In this document: one piece after another, positions 7,383 through 16,350 of the stretch
Layout: each line of letters begins with the position of its first letter
Position numbering within the stretch: the stretch's first letter is position 1
Assembly (NCBI RefSeq): GCF_000737315.1
Contig: NZ_JMCB01000017.1
Coordinates: 183,666-247,665, forward strand
Source of the DNA: Hyalangium minutum
Lineage (GTDB): Bacteria; Myxococcota; Myxococcia; Myxococcales; Myxococcaceae
Direction: 5' to 3'
DNA length: 64,000 nucleotides
Translations under genes and position numbers: made by a program
The notes under the pieces: generated by a model
What the model saw: only the letters and a program-made list of their open reading frames with translations
Database searches by the model: none
Told to the model about the DNA's origin: nothing

Positions 7383-9428
7383 TTGGCATCGCGCATCCCC
7401 TGGCCTCAAGGCCCCCCTGGGACAGCCCCCGAGGAGAGCGCCGAGGAGCTCTATGAGCAGGCACCCTGCGGCTACTTCTCCACGCTGCCCAACGGGATGC
7501 TCATCCGGGTCAACCAGACCTTCCTGGAGTGGACGGGCTACGAGCGGGACGAGCTGCTGGAGGGCAGGCGGTTCCAGGACCTGCTGACCGTCGGGGGGAA
7601 GATCTTCCACGAGACGCACTACGCGCCCCTGCTGCAGCTGCAGGGGCGCGTCCGGGAGATCAACTTCGAGCTGCTATGCAAGCACGGCGGCTCGCTGCCC
7701 GTGCTGATCAACACCGTGCAGAAGAAGGACGCCACGGGCAGGGTGGTGCTCCACCGCACCACCGCCTTCAGCATCACCGAGCGGAAGAACTACGAGCGGG
7801 AGCTGCTGCTGGCCCGGAAGCGGGCCGAGCAGGCCGAGCAAGTCGCCCGGGCCCGGACGGACTTCCTGTCCATCATCAGCCACGAGATCCGCACGCCGAT
7901 GAACGCCATCGTCGGGATCTCAGGACTGCTGCGGCAGACCCACCTGTCTCCGGAGCAGGAGAAGTACGTGGGCATCCTCCAGACCTCGTCGGAGAACCTG
8001 CTGGACCTGCTCGACAACATCCTGGACATCAGCAAGCTCGAGGGCGGCAAGCGGGTGTTGGAGGAGCGGCGCTTCAATGTCCGCCAGCTGCTCCACGGCA
8101 TCTTCTACGGCCTCACCGCCAAGGCCGAGGAGAAGAAGCTGGCCGTGCACGTGGTGGTGGATGAGGGGGTGCCGGGGTGGCTGCTAGGAGAGCCCGTCAA
8201 GCTCAGCCAGGTGCTCACCCACCTGCTGGCCAATGCCATCAAGTTCACCGATCGCGGAACCGTGACGCTCGCGGCGCACGTGCGGGAGTCCTCGCCGGAG
8301 TCCGTCTGCATCGACTTCCGGGTCACCGACACGGGCATCGGCATTCCCAAGCCCCTCCAGGCCACGGTCTTCGAGGAGCTCTCGCAGCCCAGCGACGAAG
8401 CCCCCCAGCGGTATGGCAGCGGCCTGAGCCTGGCCATCTGCCAGAAGCTGCTGGGCCTGTATGGCCGCACGCTGCGCCTGGAGAGTGTGCCGGGAGAGGG
8501 CTCCTCGTTCTTCTTCGATCTGACCCTGAAGGTGGCCGCGGATTCCGAGCCACCCGAGGTTCACGTCGCGAGGAACACGGCCACTTCCCAGGGCCTACGG
8601 GACATGCACCTGCTGGTGGCCGAGGACAACTCCGTCAATGTCTTCGTGCTCTCACAGTACCTGCGCAAGTGGGGTGCCCGATTCGACGTGGTGGAGAACG
8701 GGCACGAAGCCGTCGCGAAGATCCAGGAGGCGCATTACGACCTGGTGTTGATGGATCTGCAGATGCCGGAGCTGGACGGCTATGACGCCACCCGCGCCAT
8801 TCGGGCCCTGCCCGAGGAACAGTTCCGAAAGCTGCCCATCCTCGCCATGACGGCCTCGACGCGGGTCGGGCTGGAGGAGCGGCTCACCGCGGCGGGCTTC
8901 ACGGACTTCGTCTGCAAGCCCTTCAGGCCGGAGGAGCTCTTCTCGAAGATCTCCCAGCGCGGTGCCTCCTCGCTCTCGGCTCCCGAGGATTCTCGCACGG
9001 CGGACCTCCCCATCCAGGAAGGCGCAGAGGTGGAACCTTCCCCCGCCCGGCCCCGCTTCAGCTTGGACGAGTTCCGGCGCATGGCCGAGGGGGACGACGA
9101 GGCGCTGAGAGAGTTCATCACCATCACCCTCACCAGCGCCGAGCAGCACAAGCACGCCTTCCAGCAGGCGCTCGAGGCAGGCAACCTGGAGGCGTTCGAC
9201 TTCCAGGCCCATAAGATCAAGATGACCGTGGCGCTGCTTCAGGCGCATGTCCTTCAGGACGCGCTGCAGCAGGGACGAGCGCTCCTCGCCCAGCAAGAGC
9301 GCGCCCCCGCTCTGCTCCAGGCCTCGGTTCGCGCCATCCACACGGAGCTGAATGCCATCATCGCGGCCCTGCGCGAGGACCTGCGGCAGACCGCCGCGAG
9401 CGTGGAGGCGGGGACAAGCGAGGGCTGA
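7383..9428 (+). CDS. Hybrid sensor kinase PAS-HisKA-HATPase-REC-Hpt
   Basis: RsbP-type PAS (APCGYFST...FHETHYAPLL), H-box SHEIRTPM, NAIKFT, DTGIGI, REC LVAEDN...LMDLQMP...CKP, Hpt AHKIK. Start (TTG) uncertain. Confidence 0.9.
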   Translation: MASRIPWPQGPPGTAPEESAEELYEQAPCGYFSTLPNGMLIRVNQTFLEWTGYERDELLEGRRFQDLLTVGGKIFHETHYAPLLQLQGRVREINFELLCKHGGSLPVLINTVQKKDATGRVVLHRTTAFSITERKNYERELLLARKRAEQAEQVARARTDFLSIISHEIRTPMNAIVGISGLLRQTHLSPEQEKYVGILQTSSENLLDLLDNILDISKLEGGKRVLEERRFNVRQLLHGIFYGLTAKAEEKKLAVHVVVDEGVPGWLLGEPVKLSQVLTHLLANAIKFTDRGTVTLAAHVRESSPESVCIDFRVTDTGIGIPKPLQATVFEELSQPSDEAPQRYGSGLSLAICQKLLGLYGRTLRLESVPGEGSSFFFDLTLKVAADSEPPEVHVARNTATSQGLRDMHLLVAEDNSVNVFVLSQYLRKWGARFDVVENGHEAVAKIQEAHYDLVLMDLQMPELDGYDATRAIRALPEEQFRKLPILAMTASTRVGLEERLTAAGFTDFVCKPFRPEELFSKISQRGASSLSAPEDSRTADLPIQEGAEVEPSPARPRFSLDEFRRMAEGDDEALREFITITLTSAEQHKHAFQQALEAGNLEAFDFQAHKIKMTVALLQAHVLQDALQQGRALLAQQERAPALLQASVRAIHTELNAIIAALREDLRQTAASVEAGTSEG

Positions 9429-9450
9429 GTCGCTGTTGCCCGAAGTGCCG

Positions 9451-12342
9451 TCAAAGAGGCCGTGGTGCGGTGGGGAGCGTGAAGGAGAAGCAGCTCCCCA
9501 CCCCCAGGGTGCTCTGGACGCGGACCTGGCCTCCATGGGCCTCGACGAGCCCCTTCACGATGGACAATCCCAGGCCCGCGCCCTCCTTCCTGCCAGGGCG
9601 CGCCTGCCAGAAGGGCTCGAAGAGGTGCGGCACCTCCTCGGCGGGGATGCCCGGTCCCGTGTCGCTCACCGAGAAGCGCAGCAGGTTCCCCTCGGACTCG
9701 ACCCGCAGCGCCACCACGCCGCGCTCGGGCGTGAACTTGAGCGCATTGCCGAGCAGGTTCGACAGGATCTGCAGCACGCGGTTCCGGTCGGCCAGCAGCG
9801 CGGGGCAGTCCTCGGGCATGGAGAGCTCGATCTGGATGGACCTGGCCTCCGCGAGCGCCCGGTGCGCATGGAGGGACTCCTCGACCAGCGGCCGGGTGGG
9901 CTCGGCTTGGGGCACCACCGAGAGGCGGCCAGCCTCCAACTGGGCCACGTCCAGCAGATCCTGGATGAGCTGGTTGCCTCGTCCCACCGCCCGGAGGATG
10001 GCGTCCAGGCGCTTCCTGTCGTCGGCCCTCTCTGGAGACAGGCGCTCCTGAAGCATCCGCGCGCTCAAGTAGACAACATTCAGGGGCGCGCGCAGATCAT
10101 GGGCGACGATCCGGAGCACCTCGTCCCGGGCGCGAATCGCCCGCTCGGCCTGCGTGTGGAGCCGGGCGTTGTCGATGGCGAGCGCGGCCCGGCGGGCCAG
10201 CTCCTGGGCCAGTTCCAGGTCCCACTCCTGGTAACAGCCTGCCTCGGTCCGGGTGAGCAGCAGCATCCCCAGCACCCGCCCCCGCGTCTCCAGAGGAGCG
10301 CGGATGAGCGCTCCGAACTCCAGCCCACGGAGCAGTTCCCTGTGGTGCTCATCGTGGACAGCCTCCTCAAGAACCTTCACCGGGAACGACTCGATGAGCA
10401 GGGGCTTCATCCCGAGGACCGGTGGCTCGGCAGCGGCTCCCGGGAGGACAACGCCTTCGGGATAGCGGTCGATCAGCTCGCGCAGCAGCCGCTCCATGCG
10501 CGGGGAGGACGCGTGACCTTCCACCCAGCCCATCCGCTGGCGCTCATCGAGCAGGCAGATGACGCACCAGTCCGCCATCGTGGGCACCATCAGCCGTGCC
10601 ACGGCCTCCAACGTGGCCGGCAGGTCGAGCGTACCGGCGAGCCGGAGTCCCGCCTCCGCGAGCACGCTCAGGCTGCGCTCCAGGCGCTTGCGCTCGGAGA
10701 TGTCCTGGATATGGCCGATGAAGTAGCTCGGACGTCCCTGGGCGTCGCGGACCACGGCGATCGCCACCAGGACCGTGACGAGGTGGCCTTCCTTGTGGAC
10801 GTAGCGCTTCTCGAACTGGGAAGCACGTAGCCGGCGCTCCATCACTTGGCACATCTGCGCATGGCTCTTCTCCACGTCCTCCGGCAGCGTGATGTCTTGG
10901 ACCCGCCGAGAGAGCAGTTCCTCCGCGCTGTAGCCGACGATGGAGCAGAAGGCGGCGTTCACGTTCAGGAACGCGCCCTCCGGGGATACCATCACCATGC
11001 CAATGGGGGACTCTTCGAAGGAGGCCCGGAAGCGCTGCTCGACGGCGTTGAGTTCCTCCCGTACGCGCACGCGCTCGCTGATGTCGCGCAGGATGACGGT
11101 GAAGATGGGCCGCCCCTCCAGCTCCATCTTCGAGATGGTGGCCTCGGCCGGAAACTCCTCACCCTTGCGGCGCAGGCCGATGAGGGCCCGCCGCTCTCCC
11201 ATGAAACGGGCCCCCACCGCGCCAGCCGCGAAGCCGCGCATATACTCCCGGTGGATGGCTCGCAGCCGCTCGGGGAGGAGGATGTCCAGGGGCTGCCCCA
11301 GCAGCTCGTCCTCCGCGTAGCCGAAGATGTGCTCCGCACCCGTATTGAAGAGGCGGATGCGCTGCTCCGCATCCACGGAGATGATGGCATCCGCCGCGCT
11401 GCTGATGATACCGGCGAGGCGGGCCTCGGAGGATCGGAGCGCGTGCTGTGCCTGCTGCCGCGCTGCATCCAGCAGGGTGAGCTGCCGCGAATTCCACAGG
11501 ACCACGGATACAAGGACCATCGCCGTGACGAGCGCAAAGGCCGAGGTGCCAAAGGTCGTCCCATAAAGCTTCAGCCGCTCCCCGAGCAGCCGCAGTCCTG
11601 CCAGTGCCAGGGGAATGACGATCGCCGCCGGGAGGAGCCGGCGAGCCACGTGCCCGCCCACGTCTTCACGCCCGAACACCCCCAGGTCCAGCCGCGCCCA
11701 GAGCACCCCGACCGACAGCAGTAGCAGGGCTCCTGCCGTGTGGATCGCCATGGGGCTGAACAATGAGAAGCCCCTCACCAGCGGGCCGTGCGAGATCAGG
11801 CGCTCGTCCTGGTACAGGTAGCCGAGCAGCGACAGCGCGGCGAGGAACGTCACGCCCAGGGCCAGGACCTGGGAAGGGTGCCCCCCCCGGCGGGTCTTCT
11901 TCCCCAGGAACAGGAGCGCCGCACCCAAGAGGAACACCGCCAGCGCGGTCAGCGGCGTCGGCCGTCCCGGGAACAAGGGCACCAGGGCCTGGACTGTCTC
12001 ACGGAAGAGCAGGAGATCCACTCCGAGGGAGACCCCCAGGAGGTACTCCGCCAGGATCATCGCCCCCAGCAGCACGCACCCTCCCGCCAGCGCCCTCCCC
12101 AGCGCTCTTCGCCACGGGCCCACGTGTTCGGCGCGGAGCAGCGCCAGGGATGCACTGCCCAGGAGGAGCCCGATCGCGGTGTTGGGCATCATGATCCCCG
12201 CCCCCTGCCTGGGCACGACACGGATCAAGGTCCAGCTCCCGAGAGCCCAGCCCACCAGCCCCAGGCATGCGATCACGGCGGGGACCACGCTGGCCAGGGT
12301 GACCAGCCCGCTGCGAAACCTCTCCAGCTTCAAGGCATTCAT
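9451..12342 (-). CDS. Membrane multi-sensor histidine kinase (multi-TM, 2 PAS, GAF, HisKA, HATPase)
   Basis: Several TM helices, two PAS segments, GAF (ADWCVI), H-box AHDLRAPL, NALKFT, DTGPGI, GAGLGL. Confidence 0.92.
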   Translation of the reverse strand: MNALKLERFRSGLVTLASVVPAVIACLGLVGWALGSWTLIRVVPRQGAGIMMPNTAIGLLLGSASLALLRAEHVGPWRRALGRALAGGCVLLGAMILAEYLLGVSLGVDLLLFRETVQALVPLFPGRPTPLTALAVFLLGAALLFLGKKTRRGGHPSQVLALGVTFLAALSLLGYLYQDERLISHGPLVRGFSLFSPMAIHTAGALLLLSVGVLWARLDLGVFGREDVGGHVARRLLPAAIVIPLALAGLRLLGERLKLYGTTFGTSAFALVTAMVLVSVVLWNSRQLTLLDAARQQAQHALRSSEARLAGIISSAADAIISVDAEQRIRLFNTGAEHIFGYAEDELLGQPLDILLPERLRAIHREYMRGFAAGAVGARFMGERRALIGLRRKGEEFPAEATISKMELEGRPIFTVILRDISERVRVREELNAVEQRFRASFEESPIGMVMVSPEGAFLNVNAAFCSIVGYSAEELLSRRVQDITLPEDVEKSHAQMCQVMERRLRASQFEKRYVHKEGHLVTVLVAIAVVRDAQGRPSYFIGHIQDISERKRLERSLSVLAEAGLRLAGTLDLPATLEAVARLMVPTMADWCVICLLDERQRMGWVEGHASSPRMERLLRELIDRYPEGVVLPGAAAEPPVLGMKPLLIESFPVKVLEEAVHDEHHRELLRGLEFGALIRAPLETRGRVLGMLLLTRTEAGCYQEWDLELAQELARRAALAIDNARLHTQAERAIRARDEVLRIVAHDLRAPLNVVYLSARMLQERLSPERADDRKRLDAILRAVGRGNQLIQDLLDVAQLEAGRLSVVPQAEPTRPLVEESLHAHRALAEARSIQIELSMPEDCPALLADRNRVLQILSNLLGNALKFTPERGVVALRVESEGNLLRFSVSDTGPGIPAEEVPHLFEPFWQARPGRKEGAGLGLSIVKGLVEAHGGQVRVQSTLGVGSCFSFTLPTAPRPL

Positions 12343-13982
12343 TGCCGTGGCAGGCGCACAGCGAAAGTAGTGCCCGCCTCCTGGCTCGACGAAACCTCGA
12401 TGCTTCCCCCATGGCCGCGGACGATCTCCCGGACGATGAAGAGGCCCAGGCCGATGTTCCGGCTGAGGTTGCGAGCGGAGTGCGCTCCACGCATGAGCGG
12501 GTCGAAGAGGCGAGGAAGCAGCTCGGCGGGGATGGCGTTCCCCTGGTTGTGGACCTCGAGCAGGAACGTGCCGGGGGATGCCTCGCTCCTGACCACCACG
12601 GGCATGCCGGGTGCGCCGTAGGTGAGCGCGTTGTTCACCAGGTTGGTGACCACCTGGGCCAGGCGATCCGGATCACACAGCCCCTGCCCGTCCCCTCTCT
12701 GCTCCACGCTCACCCGCAGCCCCGGAGAGGTCTGCAGCACCTCGCTCACCACTTCGCGGATGACGTCGTGCAGGTCCACCCGCTGGAGCTTCAAGGCAAT
12801 GCCCTGGCCCAGGTGCGCCTGCGTGAAGTCCAAGAAGTCCTGGATCAGCCGTGTGGCGCGGTCACTCGAGGAGAGGATGCGGTGGACTGCCCTGCGCTGG
12901 CGCTCGTCCAGGCCGGGGGTGGCCTGGAGCAGCCCCGCCGCCATGACGATGGCTCCCAGCGGGGTGCGCAGATCATGAGAGACGATCCCGATGAGCTTCT
13001 GCTCGAACTCGAGCTGCTGCCGGAGGGCCTCTTGGGGGGGCTGCTCCCGCAGGGACCGGCTCTCCTCCAGGGACAGTGCCGCGATGGACGCGAACTCCTC
13101 CAGCAGCCGGAGATCCTCCGGAGAGAAGGGCCGCCCCGGGGTGTGTCGCACGGCATCGAGCGTGCCGAGGACGCGGCCGTGGGCCACCAGCGGGACGGCC
13201 ATCCAAGAGTGGATGGGGTAGCGCTCCAAGGTGGGGCGTTGCTCGGGCAGGGCTTGGGCGAGCAATTCCTCCAGGGAGACGACGGGCCAGAAGAAGGACT
13301 GGCCGGTGCTCGCCAGGCTCAAGTGCAGCTCGCTCGGGCGCTGGCTGGGGCCCGCCAGCCGCTGGAGCAGCTCCTCCTGGGCGCGGGAATTGACATGGCT
13401 CAGCGACACGCACTCCAGCAGCCGATCCGGTTCGGACCACAGCCGCAGGGTGCTGCTGTCGCCCATGTGGCGCACCACCTCGCGGGTGATGGCCTGCGCC
13501 AGGGAGGCCAGCTCCTGGCTCTCCCTTCGGAGCGCCTGCGAGGCCTCGGCCAGCATCTGGGGGCGCTGGCCCGCGGCACCGTCTCCCCGGGACAGGAAGA
13601 GCTCGATGAACGAGGACACCTTCCAGCGCAGCAGCTGGGCGGGGAAGGACTTGGGCAGGTAGTCCACGGCGCCGTGCGCGTACCCAGTCTTCACTTCCTC
13701 TTCTCCTTGGGCGCAGGAGGTCAGGAAGATGATGGGAATGGAGCGGGTGCGCTCGTCCTGCCGCAGGAGATCGGCTGTCTCATAGCCATTCAGGCCTGGC
13801 ATCCGCACGTCCAGGAGGATGAGCGCGAACGTGTTCCCGGTGGACAGCGTCTGGAGCGCCTGCTCCCCGGAGGTGGTCTTGACGAGCTCCGCGCCCAGAG
13901 GCTCCAGGAGGATCTCCAAGGCCGCAAGGCTGTCGGGGTCGTCATCCACCAGGAGCACGCGAGGCCGTGGAGCGGCCCCCAC
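12339..13982 (-). CDS. Hybrid kinase REC-GAF-HisKA-HATPase
   Basis: REC LLVDDD...LLDVRMP...LPK, GAF, H-box SHDLRTPL, NALTYG, IGLGLF; ATGA overlap with the downstream kinase. Confidence 0.9.
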   Translation of the reverse strand: MGAAPRPRVLLVDDDPDSLAALEILLEPLGAELVKTTSGEQALQTLSTGNTFALILLDVRMPGLNGYETADLLRQDERTRSIPIIFLTSCAQGEEEVKTGYAHGAVDYLPKSFPAQLLRWKVSSFIELFLSRGDGAAGQRPQMLAEASQALRRESQELASLAQAITREVVRHMGDSSTLRLWSEPDRLLECVSLSHVNSRAQEELLQRLAGPSQRPSELHLSLASTGQSFFWPVVSLEELLAQALPEQRPTLERYPIHSWMAVPLVAHGRVLGTLDAVRHTPGRPFSPEDLRLLEEFASIAALSLEESRSLREQPPQEALRQQLEFEQKLIGIVSHDLRTPLGAIVMAAGLLQATPGLDERQRRAVHRILSSSDRATRLIQDFLDFTQAHLGQGIALKLQRVDLHDVIREVVSEVLQTSPGLRVSVEQRGDGQGLCDPDRLAQVVTNLVNNALTYGAPGMPVVVRSEASPGTFLLEVHNQGNAIPAELLPRLFDPLMRGAHSARNLSRNIGLGLFIVREIVRGHGGSIEVSSSQEAGTTFAVRLPRQ

Positions 13983-14247
13983 AGAAAGCCTCTGCGAGGG
14001 CTCACTCGAGCCTTGGCGGCGTGTCTCTTCAATGGGCAGCGAAGTTGGCAGGGCCAGACAGTGCCTCCCCTGACCTCATGGATGCCGCTGCATGTTAATG
14101 ATCGAGATACACAGACAGTGCTGCCCCAAAGGACACACCGCTTGGGGCTCATGAAACATGTCTGTTATCGGGCTGTTGTCATGCGACCGGCGGACGAGGG
14201 CTCTGCCAGATACAGAACTCTCACCGCGGGGCTGCTGGCGCCCGGCC

Positions 14248-14892
14248 CTACGTGTCGAAGCGGAAGGGCGTCTCTTGGATGGAAGCGCGCTTCGCGAACT
14301 GCTGGCAGAACCGGGTCAGCTCCACGTAGGGAGCCGTCGGCAGAACCTCCCGGAACTCCAGGTGCGTCACGAGGCAGTAGAGCGTGACCTCCAGGAAGCT
14401 CAGGTCCCGCTGGGGCGGGAGCGCGGCGAGCACCGCCTGCGCGTTCTGCTCCAGCCACGCCATCATGTTGATCAACTGCGTTCGCATCTTGGTGTGGTGA
14501 GCGCTGCTGTCGCTGGCACCGCCCACCTTGGACATGACCAGCGTCACCTCCGTGGCCATGCTCTGAAGCACGAGCTCCTGCGCGTTGGCGAGGACCGGCA
14601 CGTCAAGGTCCTCGGGCCAGCTCACGCGAGGTCTGGAGCTCGACCGCCGCCAGAGTTCGCGGCAGATATTGAGGGCTCCGAACCAGCTCCCTTGGGGCGT
14701 CTTCAGGACTGGGATCCGGAGCGCGGGGTTGCCGCCGTAGTCCTCCGGGTTGGAGGACATCAGGTCTCGCACCACCTGGAAGGAATGGTCCACGCCCAGC
14801 TCCGCGGCGAAGATCCGCGCGATGCGTGTGAAGTGAGAGCTCGAACGGCCGATGAGGACAGGTCTCTCGAGTGCTTCGGGCGCAGCGGACAT
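14248..14892 (-). CDS. Glutathione S-transferase-like protein
   Basis: GRSSSHFTRIAR, NPALRIPVL (cis-Pro loop), helical C-domain with LSFLEVTLYC. Confidence 0.7.
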   Translation of the reverse strand: MSAAPEALERPVLIGRSSSHFTRIARIFAAELGVDHSFQVVRDLMSSNPEDYGGNPALRIPVLKTPQGSWFGALNICRELWRRSSSRPRVSWPEDLDVPVLANAQELVLQSMATEVTLVMSKVGGASDSSAHHTKMRTQLINMMAWLEQNAQAVLAALPPQRDLSFLEVTLYCLVTHLEFREVLPTAPYVELTRFCQQFAKRASIQETPFRFDT

Positions 14893-14916
14893 GTTGGCTC
14901 TTCTCCCAGGCTCGGC

Positions 14917-15894
14917 TCAGCCGCCCACGGCCCGGCGCGGCGCGGGCTGCACGGTGGCCATGTCTGGGGCCTCCGTCACGCCCGCCTCGTCGCGGGTGGC
15001 CAGGGCCAGGATGCGCTCGCACAGCTGCGAGAAGGTGATGCCCTTCTGCGCGGCGATCTTCGGCAGCAGGCTCATCGGCGTCAGCCCCGGCAGCGTGTTC
15101 ACCTCGAGGACGATGTCGTTGTCCTCGTCCGAGCAGATGAGGTCCACCCGGCCGTAGCCGCGGCAGCCCAGCGCCTCCCAGGCGGCGAGCGCCAGGTGCT
15201 CCACGTTGGCCAGCCGCGTGGGCGACAGCCGCGGCGGCAGGTGGTAGCGCGCCCCGCCCTTGTACTTGGCCTCGTAGTCGAAGCCCTCGCGGGGATAGGA
15301 GATCTCGCAGCTGCCGAGCACCTCACCGCCGAGGATGCCCACCGTCACCTCGCGGCCGCGCACGTAGCGCTCCACGAGCGCCTCGCCGCCGTAGCGGCAC
15401 GCCTCGGCCACCGCGGAGGTCAGCGTCTCGGCGTCGTTCACCAGGGCCAGCCCCACCGACGAGCCGCCGCAGGCCGGCTTCACCACGCAGGGGAAGCCCA
15501 GGTCGCCGTGGCGCTCCTGGAGTGTGGGCAGCTCGGCGCGGCCGATGCGGTAGCCCGGCGCCGTGGGCAGGTTGTGCAGCCGGAACAGCTTCTTGGCGAA
15601 GGGCTTGTTCATGGCCAGCGCGGAGGCCATCACGCCCGAGCCCGTGTAGGGCAGCTCGAGCAGCTCCAGCAGGCCCTGCACCTTGCCGTCCTCGCCCATG
15701 CGCCCGTGGAGCGCCAGGAAGGCCATGTCCATCTCGGCGGACCGCAGCACCCGATCCAGCCCCGGCCCCGCGAAGACGCGAGTCACCGTGTGGCCCTGCT
15801 CCTCGAGCGCGGCCACCACCGCCTCGCCGGTCTTCAGTGAAATCTCCCGCTCCTCGCCCCACCCGCCCATCAGCACTCCAACGCGCTTGCCCAT
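14917..15894 (-). CDS. ddl: D-alanine--D-alanine ligase
   Basis: Start MGKRVGVLMGG with SD; EREISL, LHGRMGEDG, YTGSG, GSSVG, YEAKY, LEVNTLPG. Confidence 0.95.
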   Translation of the reverse strand: MGKRVGVLMGGWGEEREISLKTGEAVVAALEEQGHTVTRVFAGPGLDRVLRSAEMDMAFLALHGRMGEDGKVQGLLELLELPYTGSGVMASALAMNKPFAKKLFRLHNLPTAPGYRIGRAELPTLQERHGDLGFPCVVKPACGGSSVGLALVNDAETLTSAVAEACRYGGEALVERYVRGREVTVGILGGEVLGSCEISYPREGFDYEAKYKGGARYHLPPRLSPTRLANVEHLALAAWEALGCRGYGRVDLICSDEDNDIVLEVNTLPGLTPMSLLPKIAAQKGITFSQLCERILALATRDEAGVTEAPDMATVQPAPRRAVGG

Positions 15895-16090
15895 GTTGAT
15901 GACTTCCTCCTGGGTCCAGTCCTCAGCACGCGGGATGCCAACACCACTCGTGCGGCACGTCACGAAAACTGCCAACACGAGTGGTGCTAACCCTTTGATT
16001 TCGCGGGGTTACAGATCTGTAGCGTGTGGCCTTCCAGACACGGCGCGGCAGCGGAGCCACGCAAAGGGAGGGCAGCCAGGCAGACGCGGC

Positions 16091-16348
16091 TCAGCGAAGC
16101 TCGGCTGGCTGCTCGGGGCAACCCGAGGGGTCCTCGCAGAGGCTGGAGCCGCCCGTGCCTCCATCGCCCGTGCCTCCATCGGGTCTGGCACCGGGCGAGG
16201 AGACACAGCCTCCGTCCACGCACACGTAGTCCTGGAGGCACTGGCTCCGAGCATCACAGGGCTGGCCCTCGGGATCGAAGTCGAGCAGCACGCTGCACGC
16301 GGGCAGCGCCAGAACCAACAGCAACCAGAGCAGAGAGTGAGAGCGCAT
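16091..16348 (-). CDS. Small Cys-rich lipoprotein
   Basis: Lipobox LPAC after hydrophobic signal; C-x5-C-x5-C-x4-C; starts 2 nt after the upstream stop. Confidence 0.7.
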   Translation of the reverse strand: MRSHSLLWLLLVLALPACSVLLDFDPEGQPCDARSQCLQDYVCVDGGCVSSPGARPDGGTGDGGTGGSSLCEDPSGCPEQPAELR

Positions 16349-16350
16349 GA

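Noticed and set aside
14123-14148. GCCCCAA/TTGGGGC hairpin between the GST-like gene and the kinase
   Set aside because: 7-bp stem with a 12-nt loop and no U tract; too weak to call.
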